Below are positions 27,980 through 43,614 of a stretch of DNA of 64,000 nucleotides, piece by piece. The translations under genes and the position numbers were made by a program. Every line of letters begins with the position of its first letter. Position 1 is the first letter of the stretch. The notes under the pieces were generated by a model. That model had not been told where the DNA came from. It worked only from the letters and a program-made list of their open reading frames with translations, and ran no database searches. The DNA comes from Geosiphon pyriformis uo1. Lineage: Eukaryota > Fungi > Glomeromycota. The stretch spans positions 266,081-330,080 of the forward strand of contig JAAOMT010000779.1 in assembly GCA_016748015.1 (NCBI GenBank). The letters are read 5' to 3'.

Positions 27980-30900
27980 GTTAAAAAATAGGCAGCCACT
28001 TTATTAGTGACTTTAGCAAAACCAGCATATTTTAAAAAACTGTCAATATAAACTTCACTAGAATCAGACCAAATCTCAAGCAAGCTTCTTTGCACATTAA
28101 AAAACTTTTTAGATTTCAAAATATTAAAACAAAATAACCTATTAGCATTTGTAAAATCAACCACTAAAAAATCTTTATCAATCAAAAATTCAGATATTAG
28201 CTTGAACTAATAAAACACAAAGCTATTTGAATCTAATCTCTTTTATTAACAAAACGTTTTTTAACTTATTATATTTCCTTTTTTATTTAGAAGTCTGTTA
28301 CCAAAAGCAACTCCAAATTACATAAAAAAAAACAGAGTTATAATACAAAAATTTTTCAAAATGTCCAATATTAAGAATTTATTAAGACTACAAAATATAT
28401 TGAGCAAATTATTTACTAATAATAAATTATTATTCAAAAAAATTTTTATTACCTTAGCCAAAAAATTGTTTACTAGACTAATATACAATTTAACAAAAAA
28501 TTGCAAAGAGTCTAAAAAAGACCACTCTAGAATCTGCAAATTCAAAAATCTATGTTTAAATAAATACCCAAAAATGCCTAATAAATTAGAAAAAGCAATT
28601 AATAAAGCCATTTTTTTTAGACTGCACTTGCTCAAAAAGCTTCAAATTATACAAAGATGAATAATATAAAATTTTACTAAAAAAATTATGTAACAAACTG
28701 ATTATGATCTTAAAATTTTTTTTAATTATTACATCCTATTTATAATATATACTCAATAAAACAAAACTAAACTGTAATTAGTAGCTAATTATAAACTGCA
28801 AAACAGTTGAAACCAAATAAGAAAATTGGTTATTTGTAATTGTTTTTCTTAACACTATATTAGAAAAAAATTTGATATTAGGATAAGTTTAAACCATATT
28901 AGACTTAAAAAAACTTTTAGTTAACAAAAAAATTCCCAAGTACCTATACAATTTATCTTTTTTAGCAATTAAAATTGGCAAACCATTGATTATTAATGAG
29001 ACATTTTTAATATTCTAATTAATAAGAATAGCCACTGTTTTTTTATTATTAATTAAGATATTATTAACATTAAAAAATTCACTAATAATATTTAAAATAT
29101 ATTGTGTAAAAGTTTGGCTGCTTCTAATTCAAATTGTATTATTAACAAAAATACTAGCAATAAAAAATAAAGTTTTTTCTTCAATAGTCTCAATTTTGCC
29201 AGTTCTGGCCACAAACTTTATATTAATTTGGTATTTACACAAGTGCTTATGTCTCTTAACTTTACATAAAAGTGGATTATAGAAAATTTTTTAAAGGAGA
29301 AGAAAGAAAATCTCACTTTAATTCAACTTATTATGTATCTTATAACTATCTAAAAGTCCAAAATCAACTATTACTCTATTGATTCAATTCTTATGTATAT
29401 TAGCAAAAAACTCAATAAACTAACTGCATATCTTAATGTATTACAAGCTAGCTTTCAAATGATGCTATCTTACTAAATTATAAGTTTTGTGTATATTTTG
29501 TAAAACCAACCAAAATTTTTTATTTTTTTCTAGTGTATTTTTAACAACTAACTTAATAACAAAAATTAGAGACTGAATTAAAGTACTCTTCAATACTGAA
29601 AAGTTATTGTTACAAAAAACATCAAATTTACTACATGATAAAAATATTTGATTAGAGAAAATCTTTAACAGAATTTTGTTAGTTGTTTTAATTAGTACAA
29701 TAGATTAGGTATTTGTTAAAATATTATCCTACTTATAAGATTTAGAGATTATAAAAACTCATGCTTTCTTCCAAGAAACTGAAACCATACTCAAAGTTAA
29801 ACACAAATTCAACAACCTTAAAAGACATTTTAATATCTTATTACTGCAATGTTTTTATAATTTATTTGGAATTTCTAAAAACTTAGCAGATTTATTACCT
29901 AATAAATCATCAACTACCAAAGCTAGCTTTTTCATATTAATCTCTTTTATTATACTAGAAAAGACACCATAATTAACATAATTCAAAGTTCAAGCATTTT
30001 CAAGAATACTGACTATTTTCTCATCTACCTTTTTATAATTTTATTAAATTTAAGTTTTATTTTATTAAGCTTCACAACCAATTTATTCTTAACCACTAGG
30101 TAATCTAAAACAACTTTGCAAAAAAGCCATTTTAAAATATTTTTTATTATCTATTTTTTGTTATAGTAAAAATTTTTCATACATTAGTTAATTGTTTTTT
30201 AAATAGCTATGTTCTTAGACACCTTTAATTTATAATATTTGGATTTTTAATACTTTTTCCTAATTATTAACAAATGTCTAATAATGTTTATTAATTTTAC
30301 ATTATCTTAAATTATATTAACAATTTTAAACACTTCAATATTATTAATTATTAACTAAACTTTAACAAAACAATTAATTTTTAACAAATCTCCAAAATTC
30401 TATTTTTTTACAATCTTATTAATAAGCAGCTTTAGTTTAAAAAATTTTGACAATTGTTTATTCTTTAAGCAATCATATTCACTATATTAATGTCTAAAAA
30501 ACATTACATTAGCAAATTGTACTATAGCTTTTCTTAACATTTCTTACATTGTATTTAAATTATCATAATTTTCTGCTTTTTTAAATACATTTGACATTGC
30601 CAGCAACTTATTAGAAAAGCATTTCTTAAATTGCATTTATTTGGCTTTATTTGTATCTTTTATCTTAAATTTTCATTGATCTTTATTAGTTTGTTTGTGA
30701 ATACTATTAATATAAACATCTAGAAAACCACACAAATCAATTAAAACTAAGACTGTCTTATAATTTATATTAAAAAATTCTAATACAATATTAATCTTAT
30801 GGCTTGTAACTATAGATACCAGATTTTTATTCACAAATATAAAATCTAATACTTTCTTAACATTTTTAAAATTGCTTTAAGTAAAAGCTTTGACTAATAA

Positions 30901-32850
30901 ATGTCTATTAAATATATTAATCAAATTCAGATTTAAACAAAACTTGAAACTTGTATTTTTTTTGATCTATTCTTATTAAAATCCTTATTTAAGATCACAA
31001 AAGTATTAGAAATAACTGCTTTAACAATAAAAAAATTAATTCCTAATGCCTGCTTAAATTTAGTTTTAGCAAAAACACCAGTATACAACTCTAAAATTGT
31101 TACTAAGAGTTTATTTTTAAACAAAAGACAAACTAAAATAATTTTGCTTGAAATTTCATTAATCTTTGAAACATGCTAAGCCAAAAAATTGTTTATAATA
31201 ATAGTTATTTTAACATTGAAAAAATCTTTATTTAAACTAAATATAAAATTTTTTATTCTTTTAAACTTATTTATTATTCAAAGTCTAATATTAGATCTTA
31301 ATTTAATTTTTATAATAATAGAAATCATATTACCTAAATTAACATACCACCAAAAAACATCTATCTGCTTAGCAAAAACATTAATATTCTTAATATTATA
31401 TATAACAATCTTCTATACAAAATTAATTATTAAGAAAAAGAGATGCCCAAACCAAGACTAATATTGTCTATTTTGGCTATAAAGCCCAAAACCATATTTA
31501 AAAGACTTTGTAAACTGTATTTTAACTTAAAAATTACAGACAAATTCAAATATACTGCTTTTATAATAATCTTACTATTAGTAATTGCACTTAAATTCTC
31601 ATTTATTACTATATCTGTCTTTTAATTTTGTAACAAAAAGATTACCAATAGTTGACATTTAGAATTAGACTAAAAAATCATTGATTCAAGTATATTTAAT
31701 CTTTTAGCCAGCTTTTTAACTTGTTTTATAAGACTAGTAAGACTGTGTTCAAAAATAGCAAACCTATTATTTATTTTAATAGATACTAATAGAAAAAATT
31801 TAATATTTAAAAACAAATTGATACCAAAAGAGATCAAAAAAACCATATGAGAAAAAAAATTACCAGTAACTTAAGTTTAAGTTTTTTTATCAAATAAAAC
31901 TGAACAAACAATTGGCATTTGTTTCCTTTTATATATATTTGCCAGATAAAACTGATTCTGAAAATTGATCACCCACTTATTGTAAATATTTAAATTTTTA
32001 CTTATTGAATACACTTTAAAAACATGATTAAATTGTTTGTATTAAGCATAATAGACCAAAAAAAAACCAGTTCAATGTAAATTTACACTCTTAAAAACTG
32101 GAGTAGAACTAATAGCAGTCTTTTTGAATACTTTATTAGCAAAACAAACCACAGCATATTTGTCATATATATAAAAAACTAAATTGAAATTAATAAAGCA
32201 AGTTTTTTCATCATATAATTTTAACAAATTAGTAAGATTATAAACAGTAATGCTAATTAGTAAAATATATAACAAAACTTGATGCTGATTTTTAAATACT
32301 CATGTTTGTTTATTGTTAATAGTTTTAGCCACATAAACAAAATTCTTTTTCATAAAAACTAATTATTTAATTGTAATCAACTTAGCAATATCAGCAGATT
32401 TAAATTCAATCAAAGTCTTTTGCCAAAAACCAATAAGCTGCATCTTGATTGATACAATCTTACCAAATTTGGAAAAAACTGATTTGACAGCTGATTTCGG
32501 AAGATTAACAGAAATTTTTATTATTATTAACCAAGATTTTTTTATTAATAGCCATTTTCTTAGTTTTATTCAAACTAAACTTAGAAGTAAAAGATAATTT
32601 AATAATATCTGAGAATTTTGAGAAAGTTGATGTCCCTCCAAAACCATCAGCAATAAAAAATCTTTTTCACATTCAATAACTTATTACCAGCAGATTTATC
32701 AAGCACAACAGAAAGTTCAATATTTAATGCAAAAAATTTCGCCAAATTAAAACTCCGTTTTTCTGAAACATGTGATCCGACTAATGAAAGCAGCCTGGAA
32801 CCATCAAACTTAGGTGGCAGAAGCATTAAAACGTCATCGTTGTTATTTAA
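27980..32850 (-). mobile_element. Heavily AT-eroded LINE (ORF1 to start of RNase H), related to the 5.4-12.3 kb element
   Basis: Colinear remnants: AVVCFANK...VFKSVNLH (ORF1), FKNKLLVTILELY (APE), RT region, EVYIDSFLK (RNase H). Cut by the LTR at 27979. Confidence 0.85.
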
Positions 32851-32859
32851 ATCACTTTT

Positions 32860-33140
32860 TTTAATATTTCAACAAATTAAATATATATTTTGGCAAACTA
32901 CAAGTTATTTTAGTAAATTATTAGTATTTTTGTAAAATATTAAATATTTTGACAAATTTTTAAATATTACATAATTTAAAATATTACATAATTTGATTAT
33001 TATATTTAATTATACTTGTATATTATATAAATTATTAATTAAATAATAATATTTAATAATTTGACTAAATAATAAGTAATTAAAATAATATTATATATTA
33101 ATTTATAATAAAAATTATAAAAATAATTTTATGTTAATTA
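32860..33140 (-). repeat. Eroded partial LTR of the element C family
   Basis: Shares TTTTGGCAAACTACAAGTTATT...AATATTACATA...ATAATTTTATGTTAA with 56265-56570. Confidence 0.7.
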
Positions 33141-34194
33141 ATAACTCAATCTTTAATTAGTAACAATGTATTTTTAAATGTTGTTTTGGCTTTTTGGTTA
33201 ATTTTTATTATAAAACAAATATTAAAATTTTTTTATTTTTAAATTAAAAAAAATTATTATTTTAAAACACAATATTAAGACCAAATTAATAAATTTTTTT
33301 CTAATTATACTGTTTTATTTTTTAGTTTTAAATTTTATTTAACAGTTAAAATATATTATTATTATTTTTAATTTTCAAAATTTTTTAGATTCTGTTATAA
33401 TTAAGACTAAAATACTAAAAAAATCATATTTAATAAAAAATTTTTGGTTGTTAATGTTATTTTAAGTACTAAAATTTGAATTATTTGGTTTTTAAATATA
33501 AAATAATTTTATTTTATTTACCAAAAAAATTGTTTAAGTTTTTAATAATCAGTTTATAAATGCAAAATTATATATTAAAACTACTATTTTTTTGGCTTTT
33601 TTATTATTATTTTTGTTAATTTTATAATTAATTACAAGTTGGTTTTTTTGAAATTAATATTAACCAAGTTGGTTTTGTTAATTACATTTATTATTAAACT
33701 TACTAATTTTTTGGTTGTTATAATAAATTAATAAATGTTTTATTTGTTATAATTTTGATGTAAAAAATAAAATTCTTATAGAAAAACAAATTGGGATTTT
33801 GATAAAAGTTAGTAATTTGAGTAAAAAGATAATTAATTTTAAGATAAAATGTGGTGTTGATAGTTTTCTTAAAATAATGGTTTTTTGATGAGCCGTACTT
33901 ACTTTAAAGTAGTTTATACAGTGTTATAATGAGTAATTAAAACAAAAAAAAAAATAATCAAAAATCAAATATTAAACTAAGAATGTATGCTAAACTAAAA
34001 CAATAGTTGAACAGTTATTTTACGAATGGTAAGAATTTATCGTTTTAATTCAATTGATATTGAGTAGACATTTATTTTCAAACAATATTTACATTTCTGC
34101 TGAATTCTAGACACTACTTACCAATTCGCGAAACTCTAGGATGAATTTTGAATTACTGCATCTGACAATGACTTGGAAATTTCATTAAGCTTTT

Positions 34195-36232
34195 TTAAAG
34201 AGGCATCAATATCGAGGAAGCTTGCTGCACCATTGTCCATCCCGTAGCTTCCTCGGTGGCGGTCGCGTCCAAAGCTTCCAAGAAATCTGCCAACGTTATT
34301 GTTATACATGATTGCAAGAAACATGCATGTGCCAGAAATGGTAATTTACGTAAAGCACGTCCACTCATCCCCTTCACAATGGAGAAGTATTTAAGTTAGA
34401 AAGCTTTTGATATGAATTTTGACTAGCTTACTTGACATTTTTCCGATATCCCAAAGAGTTTCATACTCAGATTGTCATGGCTATTTGTGTCACGATACAT
34501 TTCTACTGCGCGCCAATCAAGAAGAGTTTCCTGAAGGTGGGAATATAAGTTAATTTATATACACTTTCTTATATTGAAACCAAAGCTTTATGAATTATTA
34601 CCTCATCTCTAATAATTCCAACTCTAATCAATTCTTGAATACAGCTAGAAAGAATGGCGTATATTGCTTTTGGCGATGGCAAACCAATATATTGCTTGAT
34701 ATCTGCTCGGTCGATAAAAGCAATATCTGAAAAATCACAAGTTTAAATTATTTTGCTATATCCATAAATAAAATTTGAACAATAGAAGGATTTTACCTAT
34801 AGCTTCTGTAATATTAGATGTGGCCAAGACAAGCACGTTTTTATTGTATTTTAATTTATCGATTTGGGTCAAAAGAGCATTAACAACCTAAAGTAACATA
34901 GCATCAATGACCATGAAAATAATTTAAATGAAACAAAATTACATCTTATTTCACTTTTAACTACCCTCAAAGCGTCCGAAGGCTCTGTACCGGACAATGA
35001 AGATTTTCGTGCAGCTGTCAGACTTTCTACTTCATCTAATTTAAGGCAAAAAGAGACCATTCGTTCCGATGAATGTATTGCAAAATCAAACTCAGAGGCG
35101 ATAAAGAAATAAAACCCACCTATAAGTATACAGACAAAACAATCCTCTTCGTCAACCATATCATTGATTTGCTGAAACAGTTTTTGAACCAACTTCCCCG
35201 ATTCAGAAAACCATTTTGAGAATAGACTATGACTATTTATTTCAAGAAGCTTGCTATGAGCGTATCTGCCCAATGTTTTAAGTAATCGAAGTAAAAGATT
35301 AGCACGAATTCATTTATTAAGTTATAAACGCAAAATCGTAAAATACCTGCTAGTCAGTCTTATAGCCAATTTCTGGGAAAAGGCTCTACATAAACTTGTT
35401 TTTCCGGTTCCTGGAGGACCATGCAACAAGACAACCCTAAGGGATGTAGGTCATCAGAAGGTAAAAACGTTCTTTTAAAGGATATTGATCTTACCTATTC
35501 CATGAAATAATATCGGAGTTTACCCTGCGATCCGAAAAAAAAAAGGCCGTAGAAATATAATCAAGTAATCGTGTTTTTATATTTTTGTCGAATATAAGAC
35601 TTAGTAGTCAAAGTTTCTCGAGATGAGCATGTGGACGAGGTAAGAGACAAATATTATACCGGGAAAGAACGCCTACGTGTCCCATAAGCCTTCCAAAGCA
35701 CGCGATGGTAGTTCCCAGTGGTTGGCGGTCAAAACGTTATCTTCCTCTTGAAACTCATCCACAGCTTCTTCCTCATTGAGTTGATACACGTGAATATTCA
35801 AAGTTACCTCATTAAGAATCTGAATCGCTTCACTATCGCCTAAGACAAAATATAGTTCTTAGTGAAATGACATAAAATTAAAAGATAGTTGGTCAAATAT
35901 ACCTCCGCTAGCATCTGCGACTTTCATGTTTTCTAGATTATCGCGTAATAACGGAATGTCTTGGAAGTCGGTGATTTGAGAGTAGCATAATAGGGAGGTT
36001 TTGAATTCGCGCAAGTATTTTTCCACAGTTTGTCGGATAACTTGGTAACGAGCTGTACTCTCGGTTTTTAAGCAGCATTCGACTAAAGATAGAAATCCAT
36101 GAAAAGTAAGTGAATTGTTGAACATATATTTTTCCCAAATCACATACCATTCAAGACAAGTTTTGAGCGAGAGCGAACTGCTAGCTTTGAAACGGAATTA
36201 ATATGTTGTATTTCCATTTCTGAGCTTTCCAT
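34195..36232 (-). CDS. PCH2: Pachytene checkpoint AAA+ ATPase Pch2/TRIP13 (multi-exon)
   Basis: [78 protein letters not shown]...[38 protein letters not shown]. Confidence 0.95.
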
Positions 36233-36341
36233 CTTTATTGTGATGGAACAATAATAAGGCGTTGCCTATATGTATTTTTTATTAATCTTATTTACTTTTT
36301 TAATTTAATTTAAATTAAAAAAATTTGAAAATCGATTGATT

Positions 36342-36590
36342 GTCTTCCATTCTGCAAAACTCGTAGTTCTCTTCGAACTTTTATAAGACATTCTTGCCAT
36401 CAACACAGTCTTTATTTGTCGCATGCAGGGAGGGAGCGTCAGAACAGGTGAAAAGTGCAAGGGAAAAGCGACAGCAGCTCGTCACAAACGTTAAAAGATG
36501 GAAGAGAGTTTCAACCATACACTATTGATCAAGGTGTTCAAAACATCCTCAAAAGCAGCTCTTGAAGCAGTGGATGGGGTCGTATCAAAT
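36342..36590 (+). mobile_element. Fragment of a second IS607/Fanzor2 copy (TnpA C-terminus overlapping Fanzor N-terminus)
   Basis: One frame reads HSAKLVVLFELL*DILAINTVFICRMQG. Another reads KCKGKATAARHKR*KMEESFNHTLLIKV..HPQKQLLKQWMG. The nucleotides are alignable with the reverse complement of ~46150-46415. Confidence 0.8.
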
Positions 36591-37322
36591 GTATGACACA
36601 TTATCAAGTCTACAAAAAGAATCGGGTTGCAAGTAAATATATTACATATGCTCAGATAGCCGAGAAAGCTGTTCAAGGAATCATATATGGTGGTAAAACT
36701 TAATGGTTTGTTTTCTCCTAAATTTAGAGCATTTCTTATAGTTATTTCCATGATTATTATCCGTTTTGTATGATTATTGAAAGAGGGTTACAATGATCTC
36801 AAAACTATCCAAATTGAAAATAATTCTCGAAGTTTGATTCAACACTCGGTAAACATTTCAACGATTTCAAACAACTTTCCAGGAATGAATTCCGATGTTA
36901 AAATTCTCCGTTATATGACGGTTAGTGGTGGGCCTGATACGTATCTACTTTATTAGTAGTTGGTGATGCTTCATCAATTCTGGGGTTTTCAAGAATGAGG
37001 AAGCAATTTGGTTTACAATGAAATACACTTCTGGTAAGCCTAGATACTTTGCAGCTTGATTTTGTACCAAAGATTATAAAACACTTGCTGATCCTGTTAA
37101 ATGTGTCGCCTGAGCTATGTGATATATAAATAGCAGATAGTTTTGCTGATAGAATGTCAAAAGTTTGACTTCAGAGTATTATGAATTAATATGTCGAAAT
37201 ATAGACATTCTAGAAACTTTGTATTCAATTAAAGATTTAACATAAATGTAAAATTTTGTTCAAGAATAGAATAATTCACAATATTAAACATCTCTCCCTC
37301 ACAAAAATCAAAATTTCAATAT

Positions 37323-39804
37323 CTATTCCTGTTTGATTTTGCTGAAAATTGTAGATTCTCCGGTATAATCTGGTGCTTCCTTTTGCTTTGTCCGAATATT
37401 TTCCATAATTTCCTTAACCTGTGATCTTTCTAAATCATCTCGTTTCGATATTATATCCTCGACAAGAGAAATTGGAACGTCACCATAAGCCTTTTTCATG
37501 TTATAGTAATCTAAAAAAATAGATTTACGAGAACTGGCAAGCAATGTGTGAATTCGTTCATATACATCAAAGGTGTTCTCTAGTTCCTGTTGTGGTATGT
37601 GCCCGCGAAAGAATCCAAAAGCGGTACGAACATCATTTGTTATGCGGTCAAGACATTCAGGCATTCGAAATTTTGCACCCTTGTTACGTAGAGCTTCGAT
37701 CCAAGCCACCATAAAACGTGATAAAGTGTTGGTCATTAATTTTTCTAGAAGGTAATCATTTAAATGGGTTTTGAAATCATTTGTATAATCTTTAATGGTT
37801 TCAATGATAAAGGCCATCGGATCTTCTTGATACCAATGTGACGTATATAATTGACTGAATGGTTGTTTTAAATCATTGAACACCACATCCAGGAGAGTAT
37901 CAGTGCACGCCCTTGCTACTTCCAAAAAACCGTTAGTGGCTTGACTGAGATCTTCATTGATTTGATTACGATACTTTTCTGATAACAAAGGCTTAAGTCG
38001 ATTAACAATTTCTTCGGTAAAATCAGCACACCGAATTTGATCGTTCGCCAAAGCAATCACGTATTCAACAAATCCTCCAGGCTTTTCTTCTCTTTTATCT
38101 ATTTGACGTTTGAATTCGGATTTCAATAGCTGCATCCAAGTTTGTTGAGTATTTATCATTACTTCAGTACATTCTTTTACAACATCTGCAAGAATTTTTC
38201 CTTGTCCTGATCCTGCTGCTACGTCTATTTGTTGATTCACCATTTGAAACATTATTACGGCTCCCGAAAGACCATATAACCTATCACCATCCATTTCAAG
38301 TGCTTTGCTACGTTCTGTAAAGTCTTTGGTTTCATCATTCATTAAATTATTCATCCATTCTTCAAGTTTACCACGAATTAGCTTGAGATAATCGTCAATC
38401 AAATCTTGTTCACGCCCATCAAGTAGTGGTGGCTCCAAAATTTCTTCAGATACCCGAATATCCTTTTTCATCGTTTTGTAGTATTCTCGTACCCACCGAA
38501 CTATTCTGAGAATGGTCCCTGCATCTGGATCTGAGTTGGTAATGCGTTGGAGCATATTGTATACATGTCTATGATATTCTAGCAAATAAACTGAAAAGAC
38601 ATTATACTTCTTAGGGAAACGTGGAACAACTTCTTGAATTACCAAGATCAAATCATTAAATATAAAATCAGCATTATCAAACAACTGAATTGGATCATCT
38701 TTGAATTCTGCAAAGAAGCGTTTGAACATATCTGAAATTGAGTCATGAATCTTGTTTTGAAATTTGCTCCGGAAAGACTTGATGACACGTGGACTCGTTT
38801 GTATTGATCTGAATTTATCTGCTAAATCTTGATGAGTGTGCCTTGCTTGTTCTGCCAATTTCGCACGTTCATCTGCTCGTTCTTCACATTCAATGATCTT
38901 TACTAATCGTACGACCACAGATTGTTGACCTTTTCTCACCAAATCAATAATATTTTTAGTTAAAGTCCAAAGATATTCCTCAAATTCTGCAGAAAACTCA
39001 TTCAGACGTTCAAAATATTGCTCAAGAGTTTCAATAACATCTTGTGAAGAGTCTTTTGCTTGATACATTGTATTGTCTTTAAAATCTTCCAACCGAAATA
39101 ATTGATAATGTATAAATAATAAATTTTCGGCGGGACCATGAATATCCTGTCTATCATGATCTAGCATGACTTGAATTTGATCAATGCGTTGGTACATTTC
39201 CTGTAACCGATTAATTGTGTCTTGAGTGGCGACAAAATTTCGATGAATTTGGGATATCTAGAAAGAAAGAAAGAACCAATCAATTGATCAAGAAAACCAA
39301 GAATATATGCGTAGGAAAAATGATTTCTGACCTTGTTGATCCATGGAAAATGGTGAATCATATCTTGAGCATTTGAACATAAGCGATCAATGCTTTGCAT
39401 ATTTTCCTTGATTAACACCATTTGTCTTCTCGAAGATGTCAACGTTTCAAGACCTTCTTGTGTGTTATCCAGTTGTGCTTTAACACCCGTTTTCAATTGG
39501 GCATCAATGGTAGCCTTTTTTTTTCAAAAATTGAGAGAAATCCTAATTAATTGAGCCAAATTTCCCGAGAACACAACCATGTAGGCTCTATGCTAGTCGA
39601 GTAAAGGATAAAACATACGAAACTTCAGTGAAGCTTGCATCCTATTCTTACACTCTTTTACGAAACGCTATTTTTTTAATTGAATACCTTTTCCTTGGCC
39701 AGTCTTTTACGCAGCAATTGAATTTTCACAAGGTCGTCTGGTGAACGTAACAATTCAGCTAAACGCGTTATTCCTGCCTCGATGGCATCACTTGGAGACT
39801 CCAT
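37323..39804 (-). CDS. SEC6: Exocyst subunit Sec6/EXOC3 (3 exons)
   Basis: MESPSDAIEAGITRLAELLRSPDDLVKI...KEKATIDAQLKTGVKAQLD, followed by a long helical exon with NLLFIHYQLFRLEDFKD, VVRLVKIIECEE, MFQMVNQQI and IALANDQIRCADF. Confidence 0.93.
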
Positions 39805-40112
39805 TTTCCAGCAAATATGTCTTTAGTGCCAAATTATGCGAATGGTGAAAGCTAGTAGTAGAAACTGTAAAGGTTGCAAACGTGTCGAAGTTGATATTTC
39901 AAAGATTCCACAAATTCGATATGGATTTTCACTCTTATGCACGGTTATCACTTTCTCCTTATTATAGTTAGCAGTTGAGATTTTCGGGGAATCCAGGTTT
40001 GCACTACCGAACATTAACTTTTAGCAGCCACCGCTAAAACTGTTTAATATTTCGCAAGAACGGCTCTGTGTTCACCTTCAACGGTCTCTTCGATCCCTAC
40101 TGCTATAATAAA

Positions 40113-43074
<2,962 letters not shown>

Positions 43075-43614
43075 TAAATTTATAGGAGCCGACTATTATC
43101 TGGACTAAACAGAATGAAGGGATCTACAAAGGCTAAAACAAAAAGGATGCTTCTAGGTTGTTTTCATTTTCGATTTTTATAATTTGGGAAGCTGTGTGCC
43201 GATCATTATTTTATTCTAAATTATACGAAATTTTATTTATGATAAATGAATCACAGAATATCAGATTTTTATCACGTATAGATGCTTACTCAACTGATCA
43301 AAATCAAGTTAACTAATGTAGCTAGGCGCAAGTTTGCTTTTCCGTTCCCCAATCCATTTTGTTGTCTTCAGCCAAGAGTAACCTAAAGTGCCGTCTCATT
43401 TACCTATCTATTCACCAAAATATCCGCCTCCAAAGAATTGGAGAATAATTATTCTCTGCAGCAAAGGGCGCGAAAACCCGAGGAACTGATCAGATAACTG
43501 CTCCCACGTTACACATATAAACGCATAAATTAGCTTTGATCGATCTATCTGCCTGCTTTCTAACTTTTTGACATAGCTTTAAATTCCTAAGAACCATATA
43601 GCTGATATATCATA

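Noticed and set aside
35477-35485. Perfect U12 AT-AC donor ATATCCTTT (minus strand) in a PCH2 intron
   Set aside because: Using it would place an in-frame TAA in the exon; the GTAAGA donor 9 nt upstream gives the conserved WNRVVLLHG.
36491-36751. 86-aa minus-strand ORF (and similarly 46188-46514 and 45290-45490 on +)
   Set aside because: Antisense shadows of the IS607/Fanzor relics with no motifs of their own.
36915-36965. VSGGPDT resembling a PP-loop (SGGxDS) motif
   Set aside because: Short, imperfect and without supporting downstream motifs or an open frame.
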